Positions 20,146 to 30,083 of a stretch of 64,000 nucleotides of DNA are shown here, one piece after another; the stretch's first letter is position 1; every line of letters begins with the position of its first letter. The notes under the pieces are model-generated. The model saw only the letters and a program-made list of their open reading frames with translations. It had not been told where the DNA came from and made no database searches. Origin of the DNA: an uncultured Armatimonadetes bacterium (GTDB lineage Bacteria > Armatimonadota > UBA5829 > DTJY01). The stretch covers positions 1,888,001-1,952,000 of the forward strand of contig OY970325.1 of assembly GCA_963717145.1 (NCBI GenBank). The letters are read 5' to 3'. The position numbers were made by a program, and so were the translations under genes.

Positions 20146-22805
20146 GGCTCCGACGCGCGAATCAGTCTCAGATAGCTGGTCTTCTTCCTGCCCGCGGAAG
20201 TGAGATCAATGACAATCCCATCCTTTGCGGGTGCAATGTGGAGCAAGGTTTCCTCACTAGTGTTCGGGAGCTTCTGCTGCCCCGCCTCCGCAAGCGCCGT
20301 GGCGAACAACAGCGTGCCCACATCCTCGCAGGCGCGGATAACCGGAATGGCCTTGACCCCTTTCTCGGCGCATTCCCGACAGACGTAGGTTATCGGGTGC
20401 AGCATACCTGCGACTCTGCCGCTGAACCTGGACCAATCATGCGTAGGCTGCTTCGACAGACCGGGGATGCCGCTGATCCAGACCGGCTTGTCCGACTTTA
20501 CCTTCGACCACTGCTTGATGAGAAGGTCCACCAGGTCGTCACATCCGCGCCGGTAATAATCGTCCCATTTCCCGGAGAGCTCGAAGCATGCGAAGACGAC
20601 AGGCTCCAGGGGCACGCTCCCAAGACCGGTCTTCGAGGACATCGATGGGAACCGCGAACTGGGAGGGACATCTATGGAATCAGCGCCGTGTTCGCCAAGG
20701 AAACCTTCCCTTGCCTCCCGATTATGTCCGAGCATCCCGATTCTGAGCATGCCTTGCGTCATCGACACATGATCCAATACCAAGCCATCCAGATCGTACT
20801 CCGCCAGATCGTCAAACAGCCCCTGAAGCTTCGAGCGGACCTCATCGCTGAAAGGAGTGACGCCATCGCCGGTCAACGCCTCTCCGTAGCCGACCTTCTC
20901 CAAGGCGCCTTCGTATCCGGGCGGAGTCCCGTACATGCCCAGCAGTTGCCCGTGGGTGCGCCCGAGGATATCATAGTCCAGGAGGTCCGTTCTCTTCGAG
21001 AGCCAGTGCCCCTTGCTTCCATCGGACCAGCGGAGAACATCCACTACGCCATACACCTCTATGCCCTTGCCGTGAGCCAGGGAGATGACTCTCTGCAGGA
21101 AGTCTGCATCCAGGCCACCCTTCAGAGGAAATCGGCTGCTCGGGAAAGCGGTGTATCCGTCGGCAAAGACACGGAGATACAGAGTGTTGAACCCGTACCT
21201 CTCGATCGTGTCCACAATCTCTTTCGGTGTGTCGGACTTTGCCGGCTTCCATATGCATCCCTTCAGCGGAGTCGTGAGAGGCAGGCGAAGATCCGATGGT
21301 GCATCTGAATAGGATGCCACGTCGATGGCGGAGTGCCGCCGGAACACGCTCAGGTCTTCGTCCCCACCACGGGGGGCGAAGACCCGACTCATGCCGGGGA
21401 ACTCGAACTCCAGTCTGACTCCCATGCCACCGCGGACCGACATGAGCGATGTATCCGAAGGCATCTTCGAAGCCAGCCGTTCCTTGATAAAACCCTGCTG
21501 CTCGGAACTGAGTGCGCTCCACGGCAGACCCCTGTTCTCACCATAGGGGTCTGCACTGCGCTTTGCCAGGTCGTCAAGCTGTGCGGGGGTGAAGGTGAAC
21601 GGCGAACCCGGCAGGAAGGGCAGAGTCTTCAGCAGGTTCATCCGGCCCAGTAGGCTATCCCATGCATCCTCCAATCCGGCTTCCTGCATCCGCGCTATCT
21701 CGGCAGACTCCCTGAGGCGCGCCCGAATCTGCCCGATGCCTGCCTTATCGAAGGTGAAGAGATACCCACTGCCGACCCTTCGCCACGTTCCGGTTGTCGC
21801 CAGCGAAACGGCCTTCAGCACGCTGCTTGCAGGGATATTCGATAGAGAGGTAAACAAGCGCACCTGATCAGATCCGGGACTCGCATGGAGATTGAGCCCC
21901 GTCTGTCCCGCTATCAGGGCGATGAGATCACGAACATTCGTCTTTCCCGTGGAAGAGACAGGCTTGTCGAGCGCGCTCGACGAGTAATCCAGATCCGACT
22001 CCTTCAGCGTGTTCGGTATCAGCGGAGGCTCTTCCTGATCCTGAGGCCAACCATAGTACCACAGGCTGTCGTATCCCGACTTCCAATTCCGCTGATCCTT
22101 TATGACTTGCCACGACCCTCCGAGCGGCGACTCGGTCGCCACCCCGTAGCCGCCGCTGCTCCCATGCCGTCCATCCGGATGCTTTATACTGAAGCCGATA
22201 TCCGACAGCGCGATCCAGGCAAAGACTTTCCCCGACTTGAGGGGCACCTCCTCTGCCGCGACTACTCTTGTCCCGTCGAGGCTCCCGTCCTCCCATACCG
22301 GATAGACTACCTTGCCGCGAGCAAAGAGCCTCTTCACTATCTCCACTTGCTCGCCATTGAGGCTATTGAGAGCCAAGCCCTGCCCGGATGCAATCATTCG
22401 CCATTGAGCCTCGCTCAGGCTCTGGAGAAGGTCGGCACTGCATCTCTTTGCCGACTGCATAGGCTGCGCTGGGTCGCTGAGCATTGAGGAGAAATCCCGC
22501 CTCTGCGACGGACCGATCACGGTTATGCCGGCCTCCTCGAAGACTCCTAGCTCGAACGACTCGGCCAGTTCCCTGAGGGACTCAGGGGTTTCCTTCGGCT
22601 TCATGTCGGCAGTGCGCACCCACAAAGCCGCCACGAGCGGCCCCGGAAGGCCTTTCTCTGCCAGTTCGTCGAGCCGCTGCTCCAATAGCACTGCGGACGG
22701 CGACACTTCCGCCGACATACAGGCCGAAGGGACGAAGATGCACGCCATCAGGAGTGCCAGGGTTACCACGAGTAGCTTGTTGCGATGCATGTTAGTTGCC
22801 ATCAT
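20142..22805 (-). CDS. Large secreted protein with C-terminal GHL10-like domain
   Basis: Signal peptide after MMATN; GFNTLYLRVF..G, AHGKGIEVYG and YDLDGLVLD motifs. Confidence 0.65.
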   Translation of the reverse strand: MMATNMHRNKLLVVTLALLMACIFVPSACMSAEVSPSAVLLEQRLDELAEKGLPGPLVAALWVRTADMKPKETPESLRELAESFELGVFEEAGITVIGPSQRRDFSSMLSDPAQPMQSAKRCSADLLQSLSEAQWRMIASGQGLALNSLNGEQVEIVKRLFARGKVVYPVWEDGSLDGTRVVAAEEVPLKSGKVFAWIALSDIGFSIKHPDGRHGSSGGYGVATESPLGGSWQVIKDQRNWKSGYDSLWYYGWPQDQEEPPLIPNTLKESDLDYSSSALDKPVSSTGKTNVRDLIALIAGQTGLNLHASPGSDQVRLFTSLSNIPASSVLKAVSLATTGTWRRVGSGYLFTFDKAGIGQIRARLRESAEIARMQEAGLEDAWDSLLGRMNLLKTLPFLPGSPFTFTPAQLDDLAKRSADPYGENRGLPWSALSSEQQGFIKERLASKMPSDTSLMSVRGGMGVRLEFEFPGMSRVFAPRGGDEDLSVFRRHSAIDVASYSDAPSDLRLPLTTPLKGCIWKPAKSDTPKEIVDTIERYGFNTLYLRVFADGYTAFPSSRFPLKGGLDADFLQRVISLAHGKGIEVYGVVDVLRWSDGSKGHWLSKRTDLLDYDILGRTHGQLLGMYGTPPGYEGALEKVGYGEALTGDGVTPFSDEVRSKLQGLFDDLAEYDLDGLVLDHVSMTQGMLRIGMLGHNREAREGFLGEHGADSIDVPPSSRFPSMSSKTGLGSVPLEPVVFACFELSGKWDDYYRRGCDDLVDLLIKQWSKVKSDKPVWISGIPGLSKQPTHDWSRFSGRVAGMLHPITYVCRECAEKGVKAIPVIRACEDVGTLLFATALAEAGQQKLPNTSEETLLHIAPAKDGIVIDLTSAGRKKTSYLRLIRASEP

Positions 22806-22822
22806 GCAGCCTCCGGATACGA

Positions 22823-24286
22823 CTAGTGCTTGACCAAAGTGCTGATCTCCCCAATCCGCATGGAATACGCGCCCTCGTCGTCTTTGGAGAGCCTCGTGGC
22901 CAAGATGCGAAAGCGGCTGGCCGTGACCGTCTTGCCAAACATCAGCTTCTGAGGCGATCCATCCGGGTTGGGGCTGCCTGTGAACCCTCTGATAAACGTC
23001 CACGTCTTGCCGTCCCGACTGTTCTCGACCATGAACTCCGCCGGGAAGCCGAATCCGCCCGCCGTGGGAGTGACCTCCAGCCCGTCGATCGCGAATGGGC
23101 CGCCGAGCCACACGGATGCCCACTCTTCCGCGTCGGGCGAATCATGTTTCGCACTGCTCCAACACGTTACCGGGTCGCCGTCGATCGCTCGCGGGCCGGA
23201 CCAGGTCCAGTCGATCTGCGAGCTGACCTCGATGTGTACGGGTTGGCCAAATCCCGTCGTCGTCAACTCCACCGGGTCGATGAATGTAGCCCAGTTCGCC
23301 CAACCGAAATCCTGGCCGGTCATGTCCTTTCCGGGCCATCCGTAGGAATAGGAAATAGACGTCGGGGTCCGGCCGTCTATGTGCCCGATCTCATTCCCGC
23401 TGATCCCCATGTTGTGCGCGCCGGTCTGCACGCGAGTCCCTCTGAACGGTGTCCGCTGCCAACTGATCCCGTCCGGGGACTGCCAGACTGAGACCGTGGC
23501 ATTGACGGTGAAGATCCGGTTGTATGTGGCAACGGCCACGAACCTCTCGAGCCCGTCCACATACTTCACGTCGATCGAATCCTCGCCGTTCGATCCCTTG
23601 TGGGGCAATACGTGGCCTTTCAGAACCATGTGCGCCGGCCAGTCATCCGCTGTGGGATCGTTGCAGACCGCGAGGTTCACGAACAGTTGCCCGTCGTTCC
23701 AGGTATAGTACGCGTAGAGCTTGCCGTCCTTCATCACGAACGAGGGCTCGCCGCATCCCCACTGCTTCGGATCGCCGGTGTATCGGAGGAAGATCTCCGG
23801 AGCGCCGCCCCACCCCTTGCCGTTCCATTTCTCATACGGCCCGCCCGCGAGCTTCGACCTTGCGAGGAAGACGTGGTTGCTGCTTCCATCGACCGTTGCC
23901 ACTGCGGTGTATCCGACATAGTAGTAGCCGCCGAATCGAATCGCGCCGGGATCGCAGCAGGAGAACTTGTCCGGGCTGTCATCGGTGGGGGTGATGACAA
24001 TCTCGTCATCGGGCAGAGTCCAGGTCTTTCCGCCGTCGGGCGAATGCCGGTAGCGGATCTGGTCCCAGTGTTTGCCGTCGTAGCAACTGGCCGCGAACCA
24101 CATGTCGATGCTGCCGTCCGGGTTCGAGATGATGCTCGGCCCGTACCGATATCCCTGACCGGGGAATATCTGCCATCCCCCCGGCTTGCTGACGATCTCA
24201 ACCGCATTCGGAAGCCCGCCAACCGCATTCCCTATCCCCATGATCCCGAATAACAGACCGATCACCACCAAACGCAGTATCCGCAT
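22823..24286 (-). CDS. Secreted beta-propeller glycoside hydrolase-like protein with F5/8 type C domain
   Basis: YRYGPSI, SPDGGKTW Asp-box, CCDPG and GEPSFV motifs; AIDGDP.T.WSS discoidin pattern. Confidence 0.7.
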   Translation of the reverse strand: MRILRLVVIGLLFGIMGIGNAVGGLPNAVEIVSKPGGWQIFPGQGYRYGPSIISNPDGSIDMWFAASCYDGKHWDQIRYRHSPDGGKTWTLPDDEIVITPTDDSPDKFSCCDPGAIRFGGYYYVGYTAVATVDGSSNHVFLARSKLAGGPYEKWNGKGWGGAPEIFLRYTGDPKQWGCGEPSFVMKDGKLYAYYTWNDGQLFVNLAVCNDPTADDWPAHMVLKGHVLPHKGSNGEDSIDVKYVDGLERFVAVATYNRIFTVNATVSVWQSPDGISWQRTPFRGTRVQTGAHNMGISGNEIGHIDGRTPTSISYSYGWPGKDMTGQDFGWANWATFIDPVELTTTGFGQPVHIEVSSQIDWTWSGPRAIDGDPVTCWSSAKHDSPDAEEWASVWLGGPFAIDGLEVTPTAGGFGFPAEFMVENSRDGKTWTFIRGFTGSPNPDGSPQKLMFGKTVTASRFRILATRLSKDDEGAYSMRIGEISTLVKH

Positions 24287-24318
24287 TCTGACTCCTGACT
24301 TCTGACTCCTGACTCCTC
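24281..24318. repeat. Heptamer tandem repeat (CTGACTC/CTGACTT)n
   Basis: attctgactcctgacttctgactcctgactcct; a related tract lies at ~44520-44553. Confidence 0.65.
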
Positions 24319-24322
24319 ACCC

Positions 24323-25033
24323 CTAGAGCCCCTTGATGAGCCTCTGGTACTTCGCGAAGACCTTCTTGTTGTGCTCATCCCCGCCGTCGACGTTCGCCGA
24401 GATGAACACCGGCGGGGTGATGCCCCTGTCCATCAGGTTCTGGACCGTCTGGGCGATGATCATATCCACGATCAACGCCCCCGCGATGGTGGAGGTCGCG
24501 CAGATCCGCCCGGGGAGTCCGTCCACCTCGAGGATCGCGTCCCCGAGAATCCCGCAGTTGTCGATCACGACGTCCGCGATCTCGAAGACCCGCTTGCCCG
24601 ACGGATGCCGACTCTCCGCGGCCGATGAATGATCGATCGAGGTCACGGCGATTGTCCTAACGCCCCGCTCGCGACACTCCAGCGCCGTCTCGATCCCGAG
24701 CGCGTTCCGGCCGGAGTTGGTAATGATTATTACGACGCTGCCCGGCGCGGGGTTATACCAGTCGAGGAGCTGCTTGGCGTATCCCTGACACCGCTCCGCC
24801 CGACCGAAGGTCCTGTCGTGGATGATATCGACCGGCGCGAGACCGCCCGCGCGGTGATACGCCTCCGCCGCGACCATGAGCGAATGCCCGCCGCCCAGGA
24901 GGTAGAGCATCCCCTCCCGAACCATGAGATCGGTCACGAGGTCGGCGGCCTCCTGGACCTTCCCCATCTGCGTGTCATTGATCTTCGCGAGGATCTCCGT
25001 GATCTTCGAATAGAATTCCCCTGCCTTGTTCAT
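24323..25033 (-). CDS. SIS domain sugar isomerase family protein
   Basis: GGGHS, RAGGLA, ITNSGRN, SRHPSGKR, DVVIDN..GDA and VFISAN.DGGDE motifs. Confidence 0.88.
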   Translation of the reverse strand: MNKAGEFYSKITEILAKINDTQMGKVQEAADLVTDLMVREGMLYLLGGGHSLMVAAEAYHRAGGLAPVDIIHDRTFGRAERCQGYAKQLLDWYNPAPGSVVIIITNSGRNALGIETALECRERGVRTIAVTSIDHSSAAESRHPSGKRVFEIADVVIDNCGILGDAILEVDGLPGRICATSTIAGALIVDMIIAQTVQNLMDRGITPPVFISANVDGGDEHNKKVFAKYQRLIKGL

Positions 25034-25096
25034 GCGTTCTCCCCCTTGGTCGCATATTTGATCTCATCCCTGGCTCTTCTCACAAGAGAACCCCCA

Positions 25097-25208
25097 CCGT
25101 CAGTCCTGAGTTCGCCGGTGAATGACGGCGAGTAACGAAGGACGGCTCGTACCGCAAGGCCGTCCTTCGTTACTCGCCGTCATTCACCGGCGAACTCAGG
25201 ACTGACGG
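25097..25208. repeat. Perfect inverted repeat (CCGT..GTCCTGAG...AACGAAGG family)
   Basis: 49-bp perfect arms at 25097-25145 and 25160-25208; relatives at ~35853-35985 and ~44274-44493. Confidence 0.9.
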
Positions 25209-25346
25209 GGTGCTCTCCTGACAGCGTTGTCAGGAGTAGGTTTGACTGCGGCGGGCCTGAATCCTGCAGAGAACACAGATGACACGGAAGCGGAGGGAAA
25301 GGATGCATTGGATCTGGAGTCTGCCAGATGGCGGAGACCCGGAGAC

Positions 25347-25382
25347 AAAAAAAGGGCGGGGCATCGAAACGCCCCGCCCTTC
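25347..25382 (-). terminator. Intrinsic terminator after paralog A
   Basis: Minus strand reads AAGGGCGGGGC-loop-GCCCCGCCC followed by a T run. Confidence 0.8.
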
Positions 25383-25401
25383 CCATACGTTCAACTTCCG
25401 A

Positions 25402-26058
25402 TCACGCCGCCAGCAGACCGCCGGCCGCGATCATCTGGGGCGAGGACTCCGCGCCGAGTTCCGACGCCTTGTTCCCCTGATACCGCACGATGTACGTGTA
25501 GTCCGCCGCCGGACCGCTGATCTCGTCGATGAACGGCGAGGACTTCTGGAACGCAACGTGACTGAATCCGCTCTCGCCGGTCTTCTGCCGATAGATGGCG
25601 CAACCGGTCGCCCAACCAGGCTTCGAGTTGCGCTGCTCGTTGGTCGGATTGCTGCCGAAGTGGACGATGATCGCGCCCGCCCTGCTCTCCAGGAAGATAT
25701 CGGGCACATCCGGTCCGATCGAATTGGTCACCCGCCCGTCGCTCTTCGGGTTGAGCCCGAGCGCGCCCCTGAGCTGGTTTGTCATGCCGGGATGATTGTC
25801 GATGCGGCGCACGAGAGCGCGAAGGGTCGTGACCATCTCCGCGCGCGCGGTGTTCTTGTACTCGGTCGCGGCACGTGCGAGCGCCCGCTTCTGGATATGA
25901 TCGGTGACCCCACTGTCGAACTCGGTCTTATCTTCATCGAGCGCGATGAGATCGCCGGCCACGAGGCCGAACGTGGCCAGTTGGGCCTGGAGAATGGTGA
26001 CGAAATTCGTCATCCATTCCTTCAGAACTGCGTCATTTTTCGGTAAATAGTCGGGCAT
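25402..26058 (-). CDS. Uncharacterised ~220-aa helical + FN3-like protein, paralog A
   Basis: Strong RBS (AAGGAGG), own terminator, clear homology to the genes at 36105 and 53055. Confidence 0.85.
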   Translation of the reverse strand: MPDYLPKNDAVLKEWMTNFVTILQAQLATFGLVAGDLIALDEDKTEFDSGVTDHIQKRALARAATEYKNTARAEMVTTLRALVRRIDNHPGMTNQLRGALGLNPKSDGRVTNSIGPDVPDIFLESRAGAIIVHFGSNPTNEQRNSKPGWATGCAIYRQKTGESGFSHVAFQKSSPFIDEISGPAADYTYIVRYQGNKASELGAESSPQMIAAGGLLAA

Positions 26059-26111
26059 ATAGCCCTCCTTTCCCCCATCAGGGGTACACCCCGGCCGTCT
26101 CGTGGACCGGA

Positions 26112-26342
26112 TCGTCCGTCAAGCCCTCCGATCGAACCGCGAGCCTTCGCCGATGATTCGGAATGCTTAGCGTTCGAAAAGAAATGCCTGGCATTCGAGA
26201 TGATAAGCTTTCCTTTTCGAATTAACCATGGTTATTCCGAGAAGAGATGCTTTCCTTTTCGAATTAACCATGGTTATTCCGATCCGTCAGGCATTCCTTT
26301 TCGAATGAAATGCCTGTGATCCGATCCGCGATATGGTTGTCC
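26112..26342. repeat. Degenerate 21-bp tandem array upstream of paralog A (~11 units)
   Basis: Units in 21-bp phase, e.g. 26175 cgaaaagaaatgcctggcatt, 26217 and 26259 tcgaattaaccatggttattc (identical), 26238 cgagaagagatgctttccttt. Confidence 0.85.
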
Positions 26343-26582
26343 TGGGTGCGCATGCCGGCATAATTACCGGCTGGGTGTTACATCCCATATTGTGGCACTC
26401 TCTTGGGGTTTCTTTAGGGTACAAGGCGGAGAATGCTTGAGGACTTGCAGTTGCGGAGATAAGAATGCGGAATCCTCTGCACCTGAACAGGTGATCGGAT
26501 CGTGCCTGTCTCGTCATGACATACCGGCTGATCGACGAACCGGACCCGGCCTTCATTGCCTCTACCAGTCGACCATTCTGAC

Positions 26583-27476
26583 CTAACCCATGGGCGAACG
26601 GATCCCCTGCCAGACTTGCGTGAACGGCTCACCGGCGTCCACCCGTTTTAGCATCTGAAAGATATCTCTCTCATCCTTCACGTAGCCAAGGAAGGATTCG
26701 TTCTTGTGCGAGGCGAAGTGCTGTTCCATTAGGTCTATGCACTGGTCACATAGCCCTATAGCCTCAGGATCATGAGGGTGCCCATGATCATCGAGAAACA
26801 ACTCTCGACCGGCTTTTAGGTACAGAAGCAGGACAAACTGGAGCATGTTGACAGCCATACCGAATCTGTTCTCGTCAAATCCCAGAGTCAATCCTAGTGG
26901 CTCCTTCTGCCCGTTATTCGCTATGCCGACCATTTCCTCGAGAAAGGAGACCTGGTTTGCGTGAGCCATGAACGACATCACCGCATAGTGTGGCCAGTCC
27001 AGACCCAAGGTCTGCCTCACAAGGTTGCCCAACTGGAACTGCGTAGTGCACTCTCTGCCGCGTCCAAAGCTCCAATGCGGGTCCGCAGGGTGGAGAGTGA
27101 GGAAGACGATCCTCCAGAAACCCTCGTAACTTACCCTGGTCAGGGCCAGGCTATCCTCATAGAAGCCCTTCATAATCCGATCGAAAGAGGAGTAGATCGG
27201 CTTCAGATTGTTAGCCAACAAGACACACTGGAGACTCCGATGAGGAGGCCACGCATCCTTGTTGGCAAAGTTGATCTCATCCACGACTCGCACCAGCAGA
27301 TCAAAGCAGGCCTCAACCTGCATGACGAAGGGATGATAGTTGCCAATCACATACTCAGCATGCTCAAGACCGGCTCTCTGTATGCCTGAGACGATTTCAC
27401 TAGGTATGACCGCCCCGCATACCTCGTCCAGCCTCCGTCTCAATTCTAACATGTCGATCGGATTCCTTGCGTCCAT
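26583..27476 (-). CDS. Hypothetical alpha-helical protein (DUF5677/HEPN-like pattern)
   Basis: GFYEDSLALTRVSYE and YAVMSFMAHAN motifs; visibly lower GC than the flanks. Confidence 0.55.
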   Translation of the reverse strand: MDARNPIDMLELRRRLDEVCGAVIPSEIVSGIQRAGLEHAEYVIGNYHPFVMQVEACFDLLVRVVDEINFANKDAWPPHRSLQCVLLANNLKPIYSSFDRIMKGFYEDSLALTRVSYEGFWRIVFLTLHPADPHWSFGRGRECTTQFQLGNLVRQTLGLDWPHYAVMSFMAHANQVSFLEEMVGIANNGQKEPLGLTLGFDENRFGMAVNMLQFVLLLYLKAGRELFLDDHGHPHDPEAIGLCDQCIDLMEQHFASHKNESFLGYVKDERDIFQMLKRVDAGEPFTQVWQGIRSPMG

Positions 27477-27575
27477 TGCGCTATTCTCCGTGATTCCCTC
27501 CTCGGGATGGCAGCCGTCATGAGGAGATGCTTCTGGGCTTTCTCTTTGGGGTGGAGAGCTCCGCAGGCAGGCAAT

Positions 27576-28496
27576 TCATGGCCGGCTCTGTCGCTCCCAT
27601 ACGTCTTCAGAATCAGGTGAGGAGAGACTACTGCAGTCCTTGTTGAACCTGAGTCTCCAAATCGACCTTCTGTCAAGTAGGTCTATGCGTATGAAGATCC
27701 CATCTGCGAACCCTCCCTGGGCCCATGTGCCCACCGTGTCCTTGCCATCGGCTGAGAACAATATCACCCTTTGCGCGTCTTCGAACGCCACGGATTCGCC
27801 TGTCTGTCGGTTTGTCCAGTAAGTTCCGGGGAGCCATACGGCCAATTCCATCGGTTGGACAGACTCGGGTTCTAGGCCCAAACGAGGCGGGAGTATCTTC
27901 TGCTTTGAGATCACAGTGCCTCTGAGATCTCGCAACTCCTCAAGGACCCGCCCGAGAATCCCTGCTTCCATGTCCCCACCCCTGATAGCCTCGATGGCCC
28001 CCAGTTCGAGTTGCAGTTTGCGGACCAGGGAGTAGCGCTTCTTGTCATCCTTGACGGTCGACTTGAGAGCAGCCTCGAGCGTGCCAATCATGACCTTCAA
28101 CTCAGTCGGCTGGAGCATGTGTGAGTAGATACAAGTAGAGCACTGGTTGAGATCGAAATTGAATTCCGTCACATCATCCTTTATCAGGACGTACTTCTTG
28201 TCGGCGCGGAGTGCCCATCCCAGTTCCAGGTAGACGTTCGGGTTGCTCGCGGAGAGGTCGCAGAGGATGACGTCGGCCTCTTCCAGCTTGCGGCAGATGT
28301 TCTCCGTGATCAGGCGGCTGCCGGAATCCTCGTCATCGCGCTCGCAGATCAGACCCGCCTTCTCGACCGCGGGCATGATGAGGCCCTGGTACACTTCATC
28401 CCAATGCCTGGAGTCCTTATGGTAACGCGCCAGATCCTCTTCCCTCACGGTGAAGGGCATTATGACAAAACACTTCTGCTTCTTGTCGTCAGCCAT
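27576..28496 (-). CDS. Nucleoside 2-deoxyribosyltransferase-like (TIR/NDT-like) domain protein
   Basis: KCFVIMPF and ADVILCDLSASNPNVYLELGWA motifs. Confidence 0.75.
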   Translation of the reverse strand: MADDKKQKCFVIMPFTVREEDLARYHKDSRHWDEVYQGLIMPAVEKAGLICERDDEDSGSRLITENICRKLEEADVILCDLSASNPNVYLELGWALRADKKYVLIKDDVTEFNFDLNQCSTCIYSHMLQPTELKVMIGTLEAALKSTVKDDKKRYSLVRKLQLELGAIEAIRGGDMEAGILGRVLEELRDLRGTVISKQKILPPRLGLEPESVQPMELAVWLPGTYWTNRQTGESVAFEDAQRVILFSADGKDTVGTWAQGGFADGIFIRIDLLDRRSIWRLRFNKDCSSLSSPDSEDVWERQSRP

Positions 28497-28660
28497 GTGA
28501 GCCTCCGCGCGCAGGATCGCCGATGCCGTCGGCATGTCGGTTCATGTTCGGTATATGGGCATCTTTGCGCTATTACATAGATTACGCCTGCGGAGAGGCG
28601 CTGTCAAGTGCCGTATGGGAGCATTAGGGGATAACAAGGTGTCGTCGCGCCCTCATTCGA

Positions 28661-29746
28661 CTACTCGGCGGTGCGTTCGAGGATGATGACGGCTATGTCG
28701 TCGGGGGCGTGGTCGCGGGACCAGCGGCTCGATTCGGAGAGGAGTGCGTGGAGGAGTTCGTCCGGCGGGAGATGACCGTGGTCGCGGAGGGCGCGTTCGA
28801 CTCCGTCCGTGCCGAAGAGGACGCCGTCGTGCCGCGCCTCGGAGATCCCGTCGGTGTAGAAGACGATCTTGTCGCCGGGATTGATGAAGGCGCAGCCCTC
28901 ATTGTACTCAACGGTCGGCATGATGCCGACAGGTAGCTCGCCACCCCCCATCGGCTCAGTCTCATGGGTGTCTCCGCGCCACACAACCGGAGTCGGATGC
29001 CCGCCGGACGCGTACTCCATGTAGCCGGTCGCCGGATCGAGGATCGCGAGGAAGACTGTGACGAATAGACCGGATAGCGGATCGGGCGAAAAGAGCATCG
29101 AATTGGCGAGGCCGAGGGACCTGGATGCACGGGAGCTTTCGTAGGCATAGGCGCGGACGGTGCTCCGCGTGCTGACCGCGAGCGAAGCGCTGGGGATGCC
29201 TTTCCCGGTTACGTCGCCGATGAGCAGACCGATCCGGCCGTCCCTGGTATCGAACACATCGAAGAAGTCGCCGCCGATCTCCACGCCCTCACCGCCGGGG
29301 ATGAAGGTCGTGGCGATACGATATCCCGGCACGGACACCGGCTTCCTTGGCAGAAGCGCCTGTTGGAGGAGATGGACATGCTCAGTCAGTCTCGATGCGA
29401 GACCTTCGATCTTCGCCCTCGCGGCGGCCTCTTCTTCATAGGCCCGAACGTTTTGGACAAACGAGCCGATCATCAACGCGGCGGTCGAAATGGCTCCCAC
29501 ATCGTCCGCGGAGAAAGCGTGCTCCCATGAGCTGGTTACATTCAGGACGCCGATCGTTTGGCCGGCTCCGATAACCGGGATGGTGATGCAGCTTTCGGTA
29601 TCCTGAATCCTCACCTTTGCCACCGGCTCGACCGCTGGGAAAGTGAGAGGCGGAGAGACGAGCATGGAATACGCGCGGTAGAGCGGCTCTTTGATGGAGT
29701 CGGGGATGGGACCGCTCTCGCAGGAGATCACCTCCCACTCGCGCAT
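28661..29746 (-). CDS. GAF + SpoIIE/PP2C serine phosphatase (true start may be upstream across a frameshift)
   Basis: LQQALLP, IGGDFFD, IGDVTGKG, GGHP, FYTDGISEA and DDIAV motifs; IPV....TIGVLNV GAF pattern. Confidence 0.9.
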   Translation of the reverse strand: MREWEVISCESGPIPDSIKEPLYRAYSMLVSPPLTFPAVEPVAKVRIQDTESCITIPVIGAGQTIGVLNVTSSWEHAFSADDVGAISTAALMIGSFVQNVRAYEEEAAARAKIEGLASRLTEHVHLLQQALLPRKPVSVPGYRIATTFIPGGEGVEIGGDFFDVFDTRDGRIGLLIGDVTGKGIPSASLAVSTRSTVRAYAYESSRASRSLGLANSMLFSPDPLSGLFVTVFLAILDPATGYMEYASGGHPTPVVWRGDTHETEPMGGGELPVGIMPTVEYNEGCAFINPGDKIVFYTDGISEARHDGVLFGTDGVERALRDHGHLPPDELLHALLSESSRWSRDHAPDDIAVIILERTAE

Positions 29747-30083
29747 CTGCAGACCGATGGCAGCGGTGCTCGAGGGGAACTGACTGCCGATGAGACGGAG
29801 GGCATTCAGTACCCTCGCGCGCCAGTCATGAATGCCGGCAAGCCCGTTCGGCGATGTCGGCGAGCATTCCCGTGAGGGAAGTCGGCGGTCTAAGTTGGGA
29901 TCGCGCCGGTTGCATGATGGTTACTCACTGAATGGTAACTCACGCCCCAGGGATACTTACACAGAGGGCATGGGCACTTCCACACTCTTGTATACCGATA
30001 CTCCTGCCGCGCGAAACATCCCCATGACACCTGCATCAGCGTTCAGGGGTATGCGCAACAGCCACGGGCCTCCCTCAATCTCG

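Noticed and set aside
22806-23123. N-terminal extension of the 993-aa ORF, and similar extensions on selB, mscL, the kinase and the peptidase
   Set aside because: These overlap neighbouring genes or translate intergenic palindromes; internal starts with signal peptides or family N-termini fit better.
26112-26342. 21-bp arrays as CRISPR or TIGR arrays
   Set aside because: No constant 23-47 bp repeat with unique ~30 bp spacers, the period is 21 rather than 36, and no cas or Nop-domain gene is recognisable.
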